The position numbers and the translations under genes are program-made. From Patescibacteria group bacterium (lineage in GTDB: Bacteria > Patescibacteriota > Minisyncoccia > Ryanbacterales > GWA2-47-10b): 64,000 nucleotides of DNA. Under the pieces are notes generated by a model that searched no databases, had not been told where the DNA came from, and saw only the letters and a list, made by a program, of their open reading frames with translations. The stretch covers positions 14,464-78,463 of the forward strand of contig JBBTQY010000003.1 of NCBI GenBank assembly GCA_038065475.1. Reading direction: 5' to 3'. Positions within the stretch are counted from its first letter, which is position 1. The number at the start of each line of letters is the position of its first letter. Shown one piece after another: positions 38,216-48,107 of the stretch.

Positions 38216-39210
38216 ACGCTCCTCCGGGCATTGGCGTAGTGCTCACGCCAGTAGTTGAGCGTGTCGATGATGGTCTGCTCAAACGGGATCTCCGGCGCCC
38301 ATCCCGTCATCGCCACGAATTTCTCGATGGACGGAATCTGGAGCGTGACATCCGACGGACGTAGGCGCGCGGGATCGACTTCCACACGAATACGTTTTCC
38401 CGTCGAATACGAGAGAAGTCTGTCGAGCATCTCCCGTATCGTCATCGTAACGCTACCGCCGATGTTGTAGACGTCGCCCGGTTTGCACCGCTCGACGAGA
38501 AGCCAGTATGCTCGCACCGCGTCACGCACATCCATCCACGTACGAACGCTGTCGAGATTGCCGACCTTCAACACGGGCTTCTGGACCCCTGCCTCGATGG
38601 CGGCGATCTGCTTTGCAAAACTCGACAGGGCAAACACCTCGCCGCGACGCGGGCCCGTATGCGTGAACATACGAGTACGAATCGTGCGGATCTGCCAGCT
38701 CAGCCAGTATTGCAGAGCGATCATGTCTTCGCCCACCTTGCTCACCGCATAGGGCGAGGCGGGACGAAACGGGTTCTCCTCCTTGATGGGAACCTCGTCT
38801 GACCTCACCTGCCCATAGACTTCAGATGAACTGCAGATGTGGATGATGGGGTCGTACGATCGCGCGTCCTTCTGCTCACGCACTACCTCGAGAAGGTTTG
38901 ATGTCCCGAGGACGTTGGTCGCCAGCGTTGCCCCAGGGGCACGGAAACTGAAATCGACATACGACTGCGCCGCGAGGTGAAAGATCACCCCGGGCGAGTG
39001 GCGCGCCAAGATCGTTCTGAGCGACGAGAGGTCGCTGAGATCTCCATACTCGAGCGTCACGCGATCCAAGATGTGCGCGATGTTGTCCTTGGGAGAGCGC
39101 CAACGCACAAGTCCGACGATCTTGGTGTCGTGGTGGTGCTCGAGAATGTAGTCAGCCAAATGGCTTCCCACAAATCCCGTGATACCGGTTATCAGTACAC
39201 ACTTCTTCAT
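38212..39210 (-). CDS. GDP-sugar 4,6-dehydratase (DmhA/DdahA GDP-heptose type)
   Basis: LITGITGFVGSHL, HLAAQS.V..SF, SSSEVYG, SPYAVSK, RMFTHTGPRRGEVF..SSFAKQIA, GNLDSVR. Confidence 0.85.
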   Translation of the reverse strand: MKKCVLITGITGFVGSHLADYILEHHHDTKIVGLVRWRSPKDNIAHILDRVTLEYGDLSDLSSLRTILARHSPGVIFHLAAQSYVDFSFRAPGATLATNVLGTSNLLEVVREQKDARSYDPIIHICSSSEVYGQVRSDEVPIKEENPFRPASPYAVSKVGEDMIALQYWLSWQIRTIRTRMFTHTGPRRGEVFALSSFAKQIAAIEAGVQKPVLKVGNLDSVRTWMDVRDAVRAYWLLVERCKPGDVYNIGGSVTMTIREMLDRLLSYSTGKRIRVEVDPARLRPSDVTLQIPSIEKFVAMTGWAPEIPFEQTIIDTLNYWREHYANARRSV

Positions 39211-39317
39211 ATGAAAGGCCTCCTTCGCCCTTGTAAATAATTCAACGAACCCCAGCCTGCTTATAGCAAAAAGAAGTGTCTTTGTGAAGCGTTAGAGAAT
39301 ATGATAATGTCCGATAT

Positions 39318-40574
39318 ATGATGCGCCCGGCACCCATAAAAAAACTTGAACGGTTTCTCAATACTGACACCCTATATCTTGCACGTGGGAGTTTTTGGAT
39401 GTCGCTCGGCAGCATCGTCAACATGGGAGTCGCCCTTCTCTTATCGATAGCGTATGCGCGCTATATACCAAAAGAAGTGTATGGAAGCTACCGATATGTC
39501 TTTTCGGTCTTGGGTGCTGCCGGCATCTTCGCACTGCCTGGCATGGCAGTCATTATTACGCAGTCAGTCGCACGTGGTTTTTCGGGCACCTATCGCCAAG
39601 CGAATAGAATTATTTTTTACGGGTCTATTGGTATTAGTGTCATCAGCGCTGGCGCATCAATATTTTTCTTCCGGCAAGACAATCTGACACTCGCGACAGC
39701 GTTTCTCGCGGGCGCGATCGGTATACCTTTTGTCGAAGGGCTAGGTAATTGGAGAGGGTATTTTGATGGAGTGAAAGCATTCAAGAGAAAAACAATCCTC
39801 AATATAAAAATAAAAATATTCTATGGCATTTCTATGCTCAGTGCTATTTTTTGCATTTGGTTTTTCTATCTTCCACCAATGATCGCAACAGCCTTACTTG
39901 TCAGCGCGTATGTTATCCCTCTCGGCATCGCAAATATTTTTGCCGTACGAACCACGCTTCAAGAAGTCCCGCCAAATGCGCCTATAGAACCGGACTCAAT
40001 ACGATACGGCATGCACCTCTCACTCGGAACAGTACCGACAACTATTGCATCATACATAGATAGCATCATCGTCTATCACTATCTGGGTCCGATCGCACTC
40101 GCAACCTATGCGTTTGCTACCGCAATTCCCGACCAAATCAAAGTTATCTTTATTAACATCGCTAGTACGACGACGCCAAAACTGGCCCAACAAGCATTTA
40201 CCGTCGAGCAAAAACGGGAACTTACTAAAAAACTCTTCCGCGCTTCGATATTTACCACGCTGATTATCCTTGGATATATCATTGTTGCACCACTTATCTA
40301 TATGATTTTTTTTAACCGATACTTAGACGCAATTCCGTACTCACAAGTCTTTGTTATCTCGCTTGCACTGTTTCCATTTGGTATCTTTGGCAATGCGATA
40401 CGCGCAGAGGGCAACATCAAGAAAAATTATATACTTGATAGTACGGTATCGGGCATTCAAATTGTAGCGCTTTTGATGCTCATTCCATGGTACGGCCTTT
40501 GGGGAGCAATCTGGGGGCGTGTCATCGGCAGGTTTGCCAATAACTTCTTCTCTTATGTTCTTTTCCGGTACTAA
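39318..40574 (+). CDS. Wzx-type oligosaccharide flippase
   Basis: About 12 TM helices; AR....E.YG.Y, ID..I....LG...LA.Y..A, YGLWGA. Confidence 0.85.
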   Translation: MMRPAPIKKLERFLNTDTLYLARGSFWMSLGSIVNMGVALLLSIAYARYIPKEVYGSYRYVFSVLGAAGIFALPGMAVIITQSVARGFSGTYRQANRIIFYGSIGISVISAGASIFFFRQDNLTLATAFLAGAIGIPFVEGLGNWRGYFDGVKAFKRKTILNIKIKIFYGISMLSAIFCIWFFYLPPMIATALLVSAYVIPLGIANIFAVRTTLQEVPPNAPIEPDSIRYGMHLSLGTVPTTIASYIDSIIVYHYLGPIALATYAFATAIPDQIKVIFINIASTTTPKLAQQAFTVEQKRELTKKLFRASIFTTLIILGYIIVAPLIYMIFFNRYLDAIPYSQVFVISLALFPFGIFGNAIRAEGNIKKNYILDSTVSGIQIVALLMLIPWYGLWGAIWGRVIGRFANNFFSYVLFRY

Positions 40575-40587
40575 AACAAAAACGTGC

Positions 40588-41175
40588 ATGCCACTCGCGC
40601 GACACACAATGTACACGCATATTTTTGATGCGCTTGCACTGCCACTCGATGGGGAAATTCTCGGTATTAGCGGTCTTAAATATTTTGAAGGATCAAAAAA
40701 CTTCACTCCTCAGCGAAAGATTATTGCAAGCACTGCGCGCATCACGCGTGCCGATTATCCAGACGTCAACATTCTTTCGCTCCCCTACACCGACAATATG
40801 TTTGACGTCGTCATCGCCGATCAAGTCATCGAACACATTGAGGGGAACCCTGAACAAGCAATACATGAAATTCATCGCGTCTTAAAACCGGGCGGCATCG
40901 CGATCATAACCTCTGTACTTCTCTACCCAATTCATTGGGGACCAAAAGATCTGTGGCGCTTCACGCCAGATGGCCTTCGACACCTCTGCCGTATCTTTAA
41001 TGATATTCGCGCCGCTGATAGCTGGGGCACCAAATGGATTGTTGCACTCGCCCTCATCTACCCGCGCATTGGTGACTGGCGCGTCACAAAAAAACCCCTC
41101 AATATTGCCTCTTATCTCGCAAACATGAATGACAAAAAATATCCATGGGCGACATGGATAATCGCACGGAAATAA
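40588..41175 (+). CDS. Class I SAM-dependent methyltransferase (start uncertain)
   Basis: LPY.D..FD.VI.DQVIEH...P.....EI.RVLKPGG, D.WRFT..GL. Confidence 0.85.
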   Translation: MPLARHTMYTHIFDALALPLDGEILGISGLKYFEGSKNFTPQRKIIASTARITRADYPDVNILSLPYTDNMFDVVIADQVIEHIEGNPEQAIHEIHRVLKPGGIAIITSVLLYPIHWGPKDLWRFTPDGLRHLCRIFNDIRAADSWGTKWIVALALIYPRIGDWRVTKKPLNIASYLANMNDKKYPWATWIIARK

Positions 41176-41179
41176 TTTC

Positions 41180-42307
41180 TTAGGAAAGAATCTTTTCTAC
41201 TACTTCAATCACCTTCGAGACTTCTTTGTCGGTGAGTTTTGAATACAAAGGCAACGTTATCGTACGAGCGCCGATAGACTCTGCGTGTGGGAAATCGCCC
41301 TCACGGTACCCATATTTTTTCCGATAGTATGTCATGAGATGAATAGGGCGATAATTTACCGCCACACCAATACCGTGAGATTCTAACGCATGCAATATCT
41401 CATCGCGACGTGGAGCATCGACAAGCGCCGTAGAAAGATGCCGCGCATGCGTAACTCCCGGATCTGTCTGGAGAAATTCGATACCGGCCTTCTGAAAAGC
41501 ACGCTCGTAACGCTCAGCGATAACCGCGCGACGTTTCCATACTTTGCGAGCGCGAGCAAGCTGGCCAATCAAGAGTGCTGCTTGAATGTTAGTCATGTTA
41601 AACTTCCATCCGAGCACTGGTACATCATAATGCTGATAAAGTTTGCCGTAGCGATCCGCCATAGAGCGCGAAACACCATGGAGGCGCGTCTTTGCGATAT
41701 GATCTGCAATAGACTTATGGCGAGTGACGACTGCACCACCTTCGCCCGAGGTGATGCTCTTGGTCGCATAAAAACTAAAACACGCCGCATCAGATACCAT
41801 GCCGGGGCGAATACCGTCGCGCTCAGCCTCAAGGGCGTGAGCTGCGTCTTCAATAACAAAAAGTTTATGCGCGCGGGCGATACGCGACATTTTTTTCATA
41901 TCCACCATCTGCCCGTACAAATGCACGGGAAGAATGGCTTTTGTTTTTTTTGTTATCGCCTCAGCAATATGGTCAACATTGATATTGCCAGTTCGTGAGT
42001 CGACATCGACGAATACCGGCTTTGCACCAACTTGTTCTATCACGTGAGCAGTCGCTACATACGAGAGTGGCGTAGTGATAACCTCATCTCCTCGACCGAT
42101 ACCATGAGCCTCAAGGGAGAGAAAAAGGGCGCTTGTACAACTCGTAGTCCCGCGAACATGCCCGCCTCGAACCCCCAAAAATGCCGTGAGCTTTTCCTCA
42201 AAGGTACGGACATACGCGCCCGTGGTAAGGACAGGCCCTCGTAATACTTTCTCAACCCGCCCGATATCAGCGCGTTCAATATTATGACGAAAGAAAGGGA
42301 CCTTCAT
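41180..42307 (-). CDS. DegT/DnrJ/ArnB family PLP-dependent sugar aminotransferase
   Basis: GDEVIT, PVHLYGQ, IEDAAH, FSFYATKSITSGEGG. Confidence 0.93.
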   Translation of the reverse strand: MKVPFFRHNIERADIGRVEKVLRGPVLTTGAYVRTFEEKLTAFLGVRGGHVRGTTSCTSALFLSLEAHGIGRGDEVITTPLSYVATAHVIEQVGAKPVFVDVDSRTGNINVDHIAEAITKKTKAILPVHLYGQMVDMKKMSRIARAHKLFVIEDAAHALEAERDGIRPGMVSDAACFSFYATKSITSGEGGAVVTRHKSIADHIAKTRLHGVSRSMADRYGKLYQHYDVPVLGWKFNMTNIQAALLIGQLARARKVWKRRAVIAERYERAFQKAGIEFLQTDPGVTHARHLSTALVDAPRRDEILHALESHGIGVAVNYRPIHLMTYYRKKYGYREGDFPHAESIGARTITLPLYSKLTDKEVSKVIEVVEKILS

Positions 42308-42315
42308 GCGCTCGT

Positions 42316-43317
42316 TTAAAACTCTCGTGGAAACAGGTATTCGAACTGGCGAATATTATAGTATTTTGATTCGCCCAAATCATGCTTACCCGATGCAAGC
42401 ACCTCCCATATAGATTTTGCTGCTTGCGTAAAATCACTCTGCGGATGAAATCCGATTTTTTCAAATTTCTCACCAGACACACGATAACTACGCTGTGGTC
42501 CTGTCTTCTCTGCCTTGATAATCAGATCAATATCAAACGAGTCTTTAACAATATGGACGATGTCTTCTGCGATATCTTTTACTAATTTGTTGAAGCCTAT
42601 GACGTTAAAAATGCCGCCGGATACTTTTCCAATTGGTGCTTCGAGCGCAAATAGATATGCGCGCGCAGCATCCTCAATATCCAAAAACGGCCTCCACATC
42701 CACCCGCCCGAATGTAAGATAAGTGTTTTGTTGATATAGGCGTTTTTCAAAAATGTATTGATCGCAAGATCATACCGCATGCGTGGTGAAGACCCAAACA
42801 CCGTCCCCTTGCGAAGCATGACGGGCGCAAAAGTATCTGAACGCTGTCCGAGCAAAAACTGTTCGGCCAAATGTTTTGAGAGCGAATACGGCGCCTTGGG
42901 ATAAATAATCTTTTCCTCGGTGCAAATAGTATCGTCGGGTTGCTCTGAATAATACACCGAGCATGAAGACGCGAAAATAAAACGAGGAACACCCGCCTCA
43001 CGCGCGAGTTCAGCCAGATGACGTGTACCCTCAAAATTTACTGAAAAATTTTGCATGGGATTGTATTCAGCTGTCGGATCATTCGAAAACCCCGCGAGAT
43101 GGATAACCGCGCTGACACCCTCAAACAGAGATTTTGGTGCGCTACGAATATCTCCCTCAATCAGCTCAATATCATTTTTGACTGCCGAAAGCCCTTCATG
43201 ACCAAAATATCCCACATCGATTACGCGCACTTTCCAATCAGAACGCAACAAGAGCGGCACAAGCACACTCCCTATATATCCTGAGCCTCCCGTTACGAGT
43301 ACTGTTCCTTTTGACAT
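42316..43317 (-). CDS. NAD-dependent sugar dehydrogenase/epimerase (SDR)
   Basis: VTGGSGYIG, HLA..SNDP, FASSCSVY, YSLSK, GTVFG.SPRMR.DL..N. Confidence 0.9.
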   Translation of the reverse strand: MSKGTVLVTGGSGYIGSVLVPLLLRSDWKVRVIDVGYFGHEGLSAVKNDIELIEGDIRSAPKSLFEGVSAVIHLAGFSNDPTAEYNPMQNFSVNFEGTRHLAELAREAGVPRFIFASSCSVYYSEQPDDTICTEEKIIYPKAPYSLSKHLAEQFLLGQRSDTFAPVMLRKGTVFGSSPRMRYDLAINTFLKNAYINKTLILHSGGWMWRPFLDIEDAARAYLFALEAPIGKVSGGIFNVIGFNKLVKDIAEDIVHIVKDSFDIDLIIKAEKTGPQRSYRVSGEKFEKIGFHPQSDFTQAAKSIWEVLASGKHDLGESKYYNIRQFEYLFPREF

Positions 43318-43360
43318 AGCTTCTCTTTATATAACCTTAAAAAACCCTAACATGTCAAAG

Positions 43361-43382
43361 AAAAAACCGGCCGAAGCCGGTT
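43361..43382 (-). terminator. Rho-independent terminator
   Basis: CCGGC-TTCG-GCCGG plus T-run (cUUCGg tetraloop). Confidence 0.8.
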
Positions 43383-43383
43383 G

Positions 43384-43833
43384 CTATGCCTTGAGGTACA
43401 GGCGAAGAGCGAAGAAGGGACGATCGGCATCCTTCTTCTTGAAGCCGAGCTTCTCGTAAAGCGTAATCGCCTCAGGATGTCGCGTGGAAACGTCGATGAA
43501 GTCGGCGCCACACTCGCGCGCCTCGCGGATCAAAGCCTCCACGAGCCTTGTGCCGATGCCTTGCCCGCGATACTCGGGATCTACCACCACGTCTTCGATG
43601 ACGAATACGCGCCCGAGAAGTTTTGTGTAAAAGGAAAGAGTTGCCATCCCAATAAGAACCTCGCCATCGTACGCGCCGACCATACGAAATGTAGTACGTG
43701 CCGCCACGAACGCAGCGAAGTGCATGGGGGTAAGCTCTTGGTCAGGGTATAGAAACGCCAGAAGCACCGCGATGCGCTGATAAGCTGCCATCAACCCCCC
43801 GCGACTCCGAATAACTTTTACATCAATATCCAT
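43384..43833 (-). CDS. GNAT family acetyltransferase
   Basis: IEDVVVDPEYRGQGIG..L, A..LYEKLGF; SD GGAGG; promoter TTGACT-17-TACTTT at 43880-43852. Confidence 0.9.
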   Translation of the reverse strand: MDIDVKVIRSRGGLMAAYQRIAVLLAFLYPDQELTPMHFAAFVAARTTFRMVGAYDGEVLIGMATLSFYTKLLGRVFVIEDVVVDPEYRGQGIGTRLVEALIREARECGADFIDVSTRHPEAITLYEKLGFKKKDADRPFFALRLYLKA

Positions 43834-43900
43834 ACGTTGCCTCCAGAAGGCAAAGTACAATCTTTTGGGTAACCAGTCAAGCTGTGCTAGGATTTTCAAT

Positions 43901-44815
43901 ATGCCAAAGGTATCAGTAATCATACCAACCCATAACCGCGCTCACCTCCTTCCTCGCGCACTCGACAGCGTGCTATCGCAAAGCTACAAAGATATGGAGA
44001 TTATTATCGTCGACGATGGGTCGAGTGACGAGACGCCTGCCGTTATCGCTCGCTATACCGACCCACGCATCCGAACCATACGATACGAAACACCACAAGG
44101 AATACCGACGGTACGCAATCGCGGCATGCAAGAGGCTCGCGGCGAATATATCGCATGGCAAGACGATGACGATGAGTGGCTCCCCGGGAAGCTGGAGAAA
44201 CAAGTAGCAAAAATGGAAACGCTCTCTGAAGAATACGGGGTCGTCTATTCAGCGTATTGGCGCATGCGCAAAGATGGAACGCGCGCTTTTTTCCCACCAC
44301 GCTGGGTACAACCCCAAGAAGGTGACCTCTATAAAGTATTTCTGAAAAAAAACTTTTTATGCCTCCAATCAATGCTTATGCGAAAAAAAGTTTTTGAAAC
44401 CGTCGGAGGACTCGATAAACGATTCCCCGTACTTCAAGAATATGATTGGTTCCCAAAAATCGCCGAACGTTTTCAGTTTGCTTATATCCCAGAGCCGCTG
44501 ACGCTTTTGCATCATACGCCAAAATCAAATTCACAAAACAACACTCTTAACGCATTTGCTCGAGAATTATTTATACAAGATAGGTATCCTGACCTTCTAC
44601 GATTCAAATTTCTCGGATACCATTATGGACTCATCGGCGATCTTTATATGGGAGATAAAAAACCATGGCGCGCTGCAACTTTTCTTTGGAAATCAGTACG
44701 GCACGAACCTTTCCGTGCGCGACATTGGGTAAAAGCGCTCTGTGCGTCTTGTGGAATTAATTATTTAAAGCTCAAAATATATCTACCTACAGGCAAAAGG
44801 CGATTTAAAATATGA
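43901..44815 (+). CDS. GT2 family glycosyltransferase
   Basis: VSVIIPTHNR, SVLSQ, VDDGSSD, RN.G...ARGEYIA..DDDD.W.P.KLEKQ. Confidence 0.93.
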   Translation: MPKVSVIIPTHNRAHLLPRALDSVLSQSYKDMEIIIVDDGSSDETPAVIARYTDPRIRTIRYETPQGIPTVRNRGMQEARGEYIAWQDDDDEWLPGKLEKQVAKMETLSEEYGVVYSAYWRMRKDGTRAFFPPRWVQPQEGDLYKVFLKKNFLCLQSMLMRKKVFETVGGLDKRFPVLQEYDWFPKIAERFQFAYIPEPLTLLHHTPKSNSQNNTLNAFARELFIQDRYPDLLRFKFLGYHYGLIGDLYMGDKKPWRAATFLWKSVRHEPFRARHWVKALCASCGINYLKLKIYLPTGKRRFKI

Positions 44816-45522
44816 AACAAGTTCGATTTGAGTTTAAATATATCCTCCACCCCGCTCAGGTAGTTGAGGCGCGCGATATCATCCACCGATGCATGAACCC
44901 TGATCCATTCGCGCCATCGGGATCCTATACTGTGACGAGTCTTTACTTTGACACGCCCACACTCTCCGATTACTACGAAAAATCGAGTGGGTTTTTAGAT
45001 CGCAAAAAAGTGCGCGCACGAATATATGCGCAAAATCTTGCCCGATCAGATGGAATGATTTGGCTTGAAATAAAACGGAAACATAACGCGATATTTAGAA
45101 AAATACATACGGCAATCACAAAAGCCTCGTGGGATCTTATGATCGAACATCGCTATTCTGAATTACTCAAACTCAATACTAGCGATGAAATTCGTACGTT
45201 TCTCTGGGATCTTATACGCGAAAAACGAACGCCGACATCGTTTATCCGCTACCAGCGCACGCCGTACGTAGGAACTCATGACCCCTCATTTCGCATTACG
45301 CTTGATTCTGACATCGAAACAGCACGTCATGATGACCTGACAGAACCACTCTACACATATCCCGTAAAAAATGTAGGCGCTATCTTGGAAGTTAAATTTT
45401 CTGAAACTCTCCCCCCTTGGTTCGGTCATGTCGTGCGCAATCTTGATTTGACGCGCACCAGTTTCTCCAAGTATGCTAAGTCTATTGAAACGGCATCTTT
45501 GTGGAACCCGCTCCCACGCTAA
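44812..45522 (+). CDS. VTC (polyphosphate polymerase-like, CYTH superfamily) domain protein
   Basis: R.E.KY, Y.V.SLYFDT, R.K.R.R.Y, LEIK.K, Y.R..Y, RITLD, ILEVKF, FSKY. Confidence 0.88.
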   Translation: MKQVRFEFKYILHPAQVVEARDIIHRCMNPDPFAPSGSYTVTSLYFDTPTLSDYYEKSSGFLDRKKVRARIYAQNLARSDGMIWLEIKRKHNAIFRKIHTAITKASWDLMIEHRYSELLKLNTSDEIRTFLWDLIREKRTPTSFIRYQRTPYVGTHDPSFRITLDSDIETARHDDLTEPLYTYPVKNVGAILEVKFSETLPPWFGHVVRNLDLTRTSFSKYAKSIETASLWNPLPR

Positions 45523-45527
45523 ATATT

Positions 45528-46211
45528 ATGGAATCAAACTTTTTAACAAACTTCTATAACCTAACCTCGACGGAACTATCGAGCGCTCTTGTGGTACTCA
45601 ATTTACTTTTGGCATTCGGGCTGGCGACACTGGTCGTGTGGGTGTGGCGCAAAACACATACGGGCCTTTCATACTCGCAATCTTTCGCTATCACCATCGT
45701 CATGATTGCCCCCCTTGCATCAGCGGTCATGATGATCGTTCAAAACAACCTCATCGGAGCATTCGCTCTCCTTGGTGCGTTCTCCCTGATTCGCTTCCGT
45801 ACCATCATGAAAGAGACGCGCGATATTGCGTTTCTCTTCTTTGCTCTCACTATCGGTGTATCCGTAGGTACTGGATACTATGCGCTCGCCTTCATCACTA
45901 CTGCGCTTCTCTCAGGCATCGTTCTCTTACTCTACCGATATCAGTTTGCCTCGTCATCAAAAAATGGCTATCTCGTGACATTCCATGCAGAACGCACATT
46001 TAATACAGCTGCGTTAGATCCCCTTTTTAGCACGGTACTTACATCTTCCGAACTCATTCATGAGAAGATATCAAATGCGGGCATCGAGTATGCGTATACT
46101 ATCATCTTCAAAGAGAAAAAAACGGAAGATCAATTTCTCAAAAAATTAAGTGACGTACAGGGTATTACAGATATCTTCCTTCTCTCTGGGAAAGATACTA
46201 TCGAATACTAA
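45528..46211 (+). CDS. DUF4956 family membrane protein
   Basis: SQSF..T, NN...A..L.GAFS.IRFRT..KE.RDI..LF.....G...G.G. Confidence 0.88.
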   Translation: MESNFLTNFYNLTSTELSSALVVLNLLLAFGLATLVVWVWRKTHTGLSYSQSFAITIVMIAPLASAVMMIVQNNLIGAFALLGAFSLIRFRTIMKETRDIAFLFFALTIGVSVGTGYYALAFITTALLSGIVLLLYRYQFASSSKNGYLVTFHAERTFNTAALDPLFSTVLTSSELIHEKISNAGIEYAYTIIFKEKKTEDQFLKKLSDVQGITDIFLLSGKDTIEY

Positions 46212-46813
46212 ACCTTCTGAAGTACAAAAAAATGATGCCGTGGGTTTTCAAGTACACGGTATTCTTTTTTTATCTGAAAACCAGCCGACCTTATACTTCT
46301 CATGATTCGATCTAGTGAGTATCCTCGCATACCAATCTCCCAAGAATGCTCATGATGTAGTGGTTGACGGGGCGAAATAAAACGTAAATTCAATAACTTT
46401 CGAAATCGTGTTATTTTCGGAATAGGCAATTCAAATCGTAAAAATGGAGTTGCGACCGGAAGTGAGATAATAACCAAAGTTTTAGCAACACGATAAAGTT
46501 CGCGAAGAGCTTTCTCTGAATCTTCATACGGCATATGCTCAAGTACCTCACATGCCGTAATACAATCAAAGGAACCATCTGGGAATGGCAACTCTTTGAT
46601 TGAACCTACAACATCTGGATTTCTCGCAGAATCAACGTCGAGAGTTGTTACCGACAAACCATGATGGCGCAGATACAACGCGACAAAACCCGTACCCACA
46701 CCGACCTCGAGAAGTGACGCTGGATGGAGCTTAAAAACCTCATCTATCTGATGCCAATAACTCGCGAAGCGAGCTTTGGAATCATACGCACGCTTAAACT
46801 CGTGACCTTTCAT
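46208..46813 (-). CDS. Class I SAM-dependent methyltransferase
   Basis: LEVGVGTG, LPF.D.SFD.....EVLEH, H.WEIG. Confidence 0.9.
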   Translation of the reverse strand: MKGHEFKRAYDSKARFASYWHQIDEVFKLHPASLLEVGVGTGFVALYLRHHGLSVTTLDVDSARNPDVVGSIKELPFPDGSFDCITACEVLEHMPYEDSEKALRELYRVAKTLVIISLPVATPFLRFELPIPKITRFRKLLNLRFISPRQPLHHEHSWEIGMRGYSLDRIMRSIRSAGFQIKKEYRVLENPRHHFFVLQKV

Positions 46814-48104
46814 ATTTAAACGCTAGAAGTCCTAAAAGAATTAATGGGATCACAATAGGATACCGCAATCTGGCACCAACGCCAAACCCCGTACTCACCA
46901 CCGTTACCGTGATAAAATAACCTACCATGATAATCAAGAAAATTACTTGATGATGATTGACGCCACGTATACCGCGCCAAGCACCCACAACGGCGAGCGC
47001 CGACACAGCAATCCAAAACATACGCCCAAGCCCTATCAATAAAATCTCCCACCATCGAAACTCGCCGAGTGCACCCTTTATTTTCGTTGGCCAATCTTTA
47101 TTGATAAACACAACGGGCGTTAAGTAATTGTGATGTCGCTTTACTTGTTCATCCGCATCTTTTTCCAAGAGGGCTGAATATCCTTCGTTGGTTAACAACG
47201 AGATCGTACTCACGCCGATCGTGGTCGCAAATGCCCTTGGGTACTCAAGTAAAAAGATGCGCGCCGCGCTACCCACGCTCGTGCAACGAGCCTCGAGCTC
47301 CCGGTACTGCGGCAACGCCCATGCCTCCGCCCAATTGCTCGCATCAAGGCGGTATTCTGACGAAAGAACACCTGCAAGGCCCCAACTACAAATGTTGCCG
47401 GAATCATCCGACGTAAGGTCATATGAGCCCCCAACAGCATTGTTACGTAACATCCATGGACTCATAAGTAGCACTGTAACGATAACAAAAATAAATGCAT
47501 GGCGTGGCCTTCGATATACAAACAACAAAAGAAATCCGATGAGCACGACTAAATACACTGGAGCGGGTTTTATATAAAGAGTGGCTACAATAGCTACTAC
47601 CGCAAGCAAAAGTGAACTTGTACTATTTTGATCAAGATACCGAATAAACGCAAAAACAAACAGCGCTAGAAAAAAAACAAAAACCGTCTCTGGTATCAAA
47701 AGAATATGAATGGTCGCCAGAAATGGCTCAAGCGAAAATAGCAGTGCTGCCCCAAGCGCCAAACGACTCGAAGTAAAGCGACTGGCAAGCAAGAAAAGGA
47801 TAAGCGCAGTACCCGCGGCAAGCGCCGCCTGTACTAATGATAACGCTATTGCTCCTACTACCTCGCCACCCGCCCACAAAAATAGCCCGAGCAAAAACGG
47901 ATAGAGCGGCATAAAACGCGTAGATGCAAACCCCTCTCCTCGAAATATTCCCTCGCCCAGGCCACGATAGAGTGATGAATCGCTCCAGAAAAGACGATCG
48001 GCTCCAAAAAGTAAAACAAAAACAAAAACTGCGGCGATCTTGATAATAAAAACCGCCCAGAAGAAATTGCGCGGTTTTGTTATAAAAGATACAAGCCCGT
48101 TCAT
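46794..48104 (-). CDS. GT-C fold glycosyltransferase (ArnT/PMT_2-like)
   Basis: DS..Y..LG, R.MPLYP.L, PET.F, IKP, PWMLRN, ARLRYP; similar pattern to 18349-19728. Confidence 0.82.
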   Translation of the reverse strand: MNGLVSFITKPRNFFWAVFIIKIAAVFVFVLLFGADRLFWSDSSLYRGLGEGIFRGEGFASTRFMPLYPFLLGLFLWAGGEVVGAIALSLVQAALAAGTALILFLLASRFTSSRLALGAALLFSLEPFLATIHILLIPETVFVFFLALFVFAFIRYLDQNSTSSLLLAVVAIVATLYIKPAPVYLVVLIGFLLLFVYRRPRHAFIFVIVTVLLMSPWMLRNNAVGGSYDLTSDDSGNICSWGLAGVLSSEYRLDASNWAEAWALPQYRELEARCTSVGSAARIFLLEYPRAFATTIGVSTISLLTNEGYSALLEKDADEQVKRHHNYLTPVVFINKDWPTKIKGALGEFRWWEILLIGLGRMFWIAVSALAVVGAWRGIRGVNHHQVIFLIIMVGYFITVTVVSTGFGVGARLRYPIVIPLILLGLLAFKYERSRV

Positions 48105-48107
48105 AGA

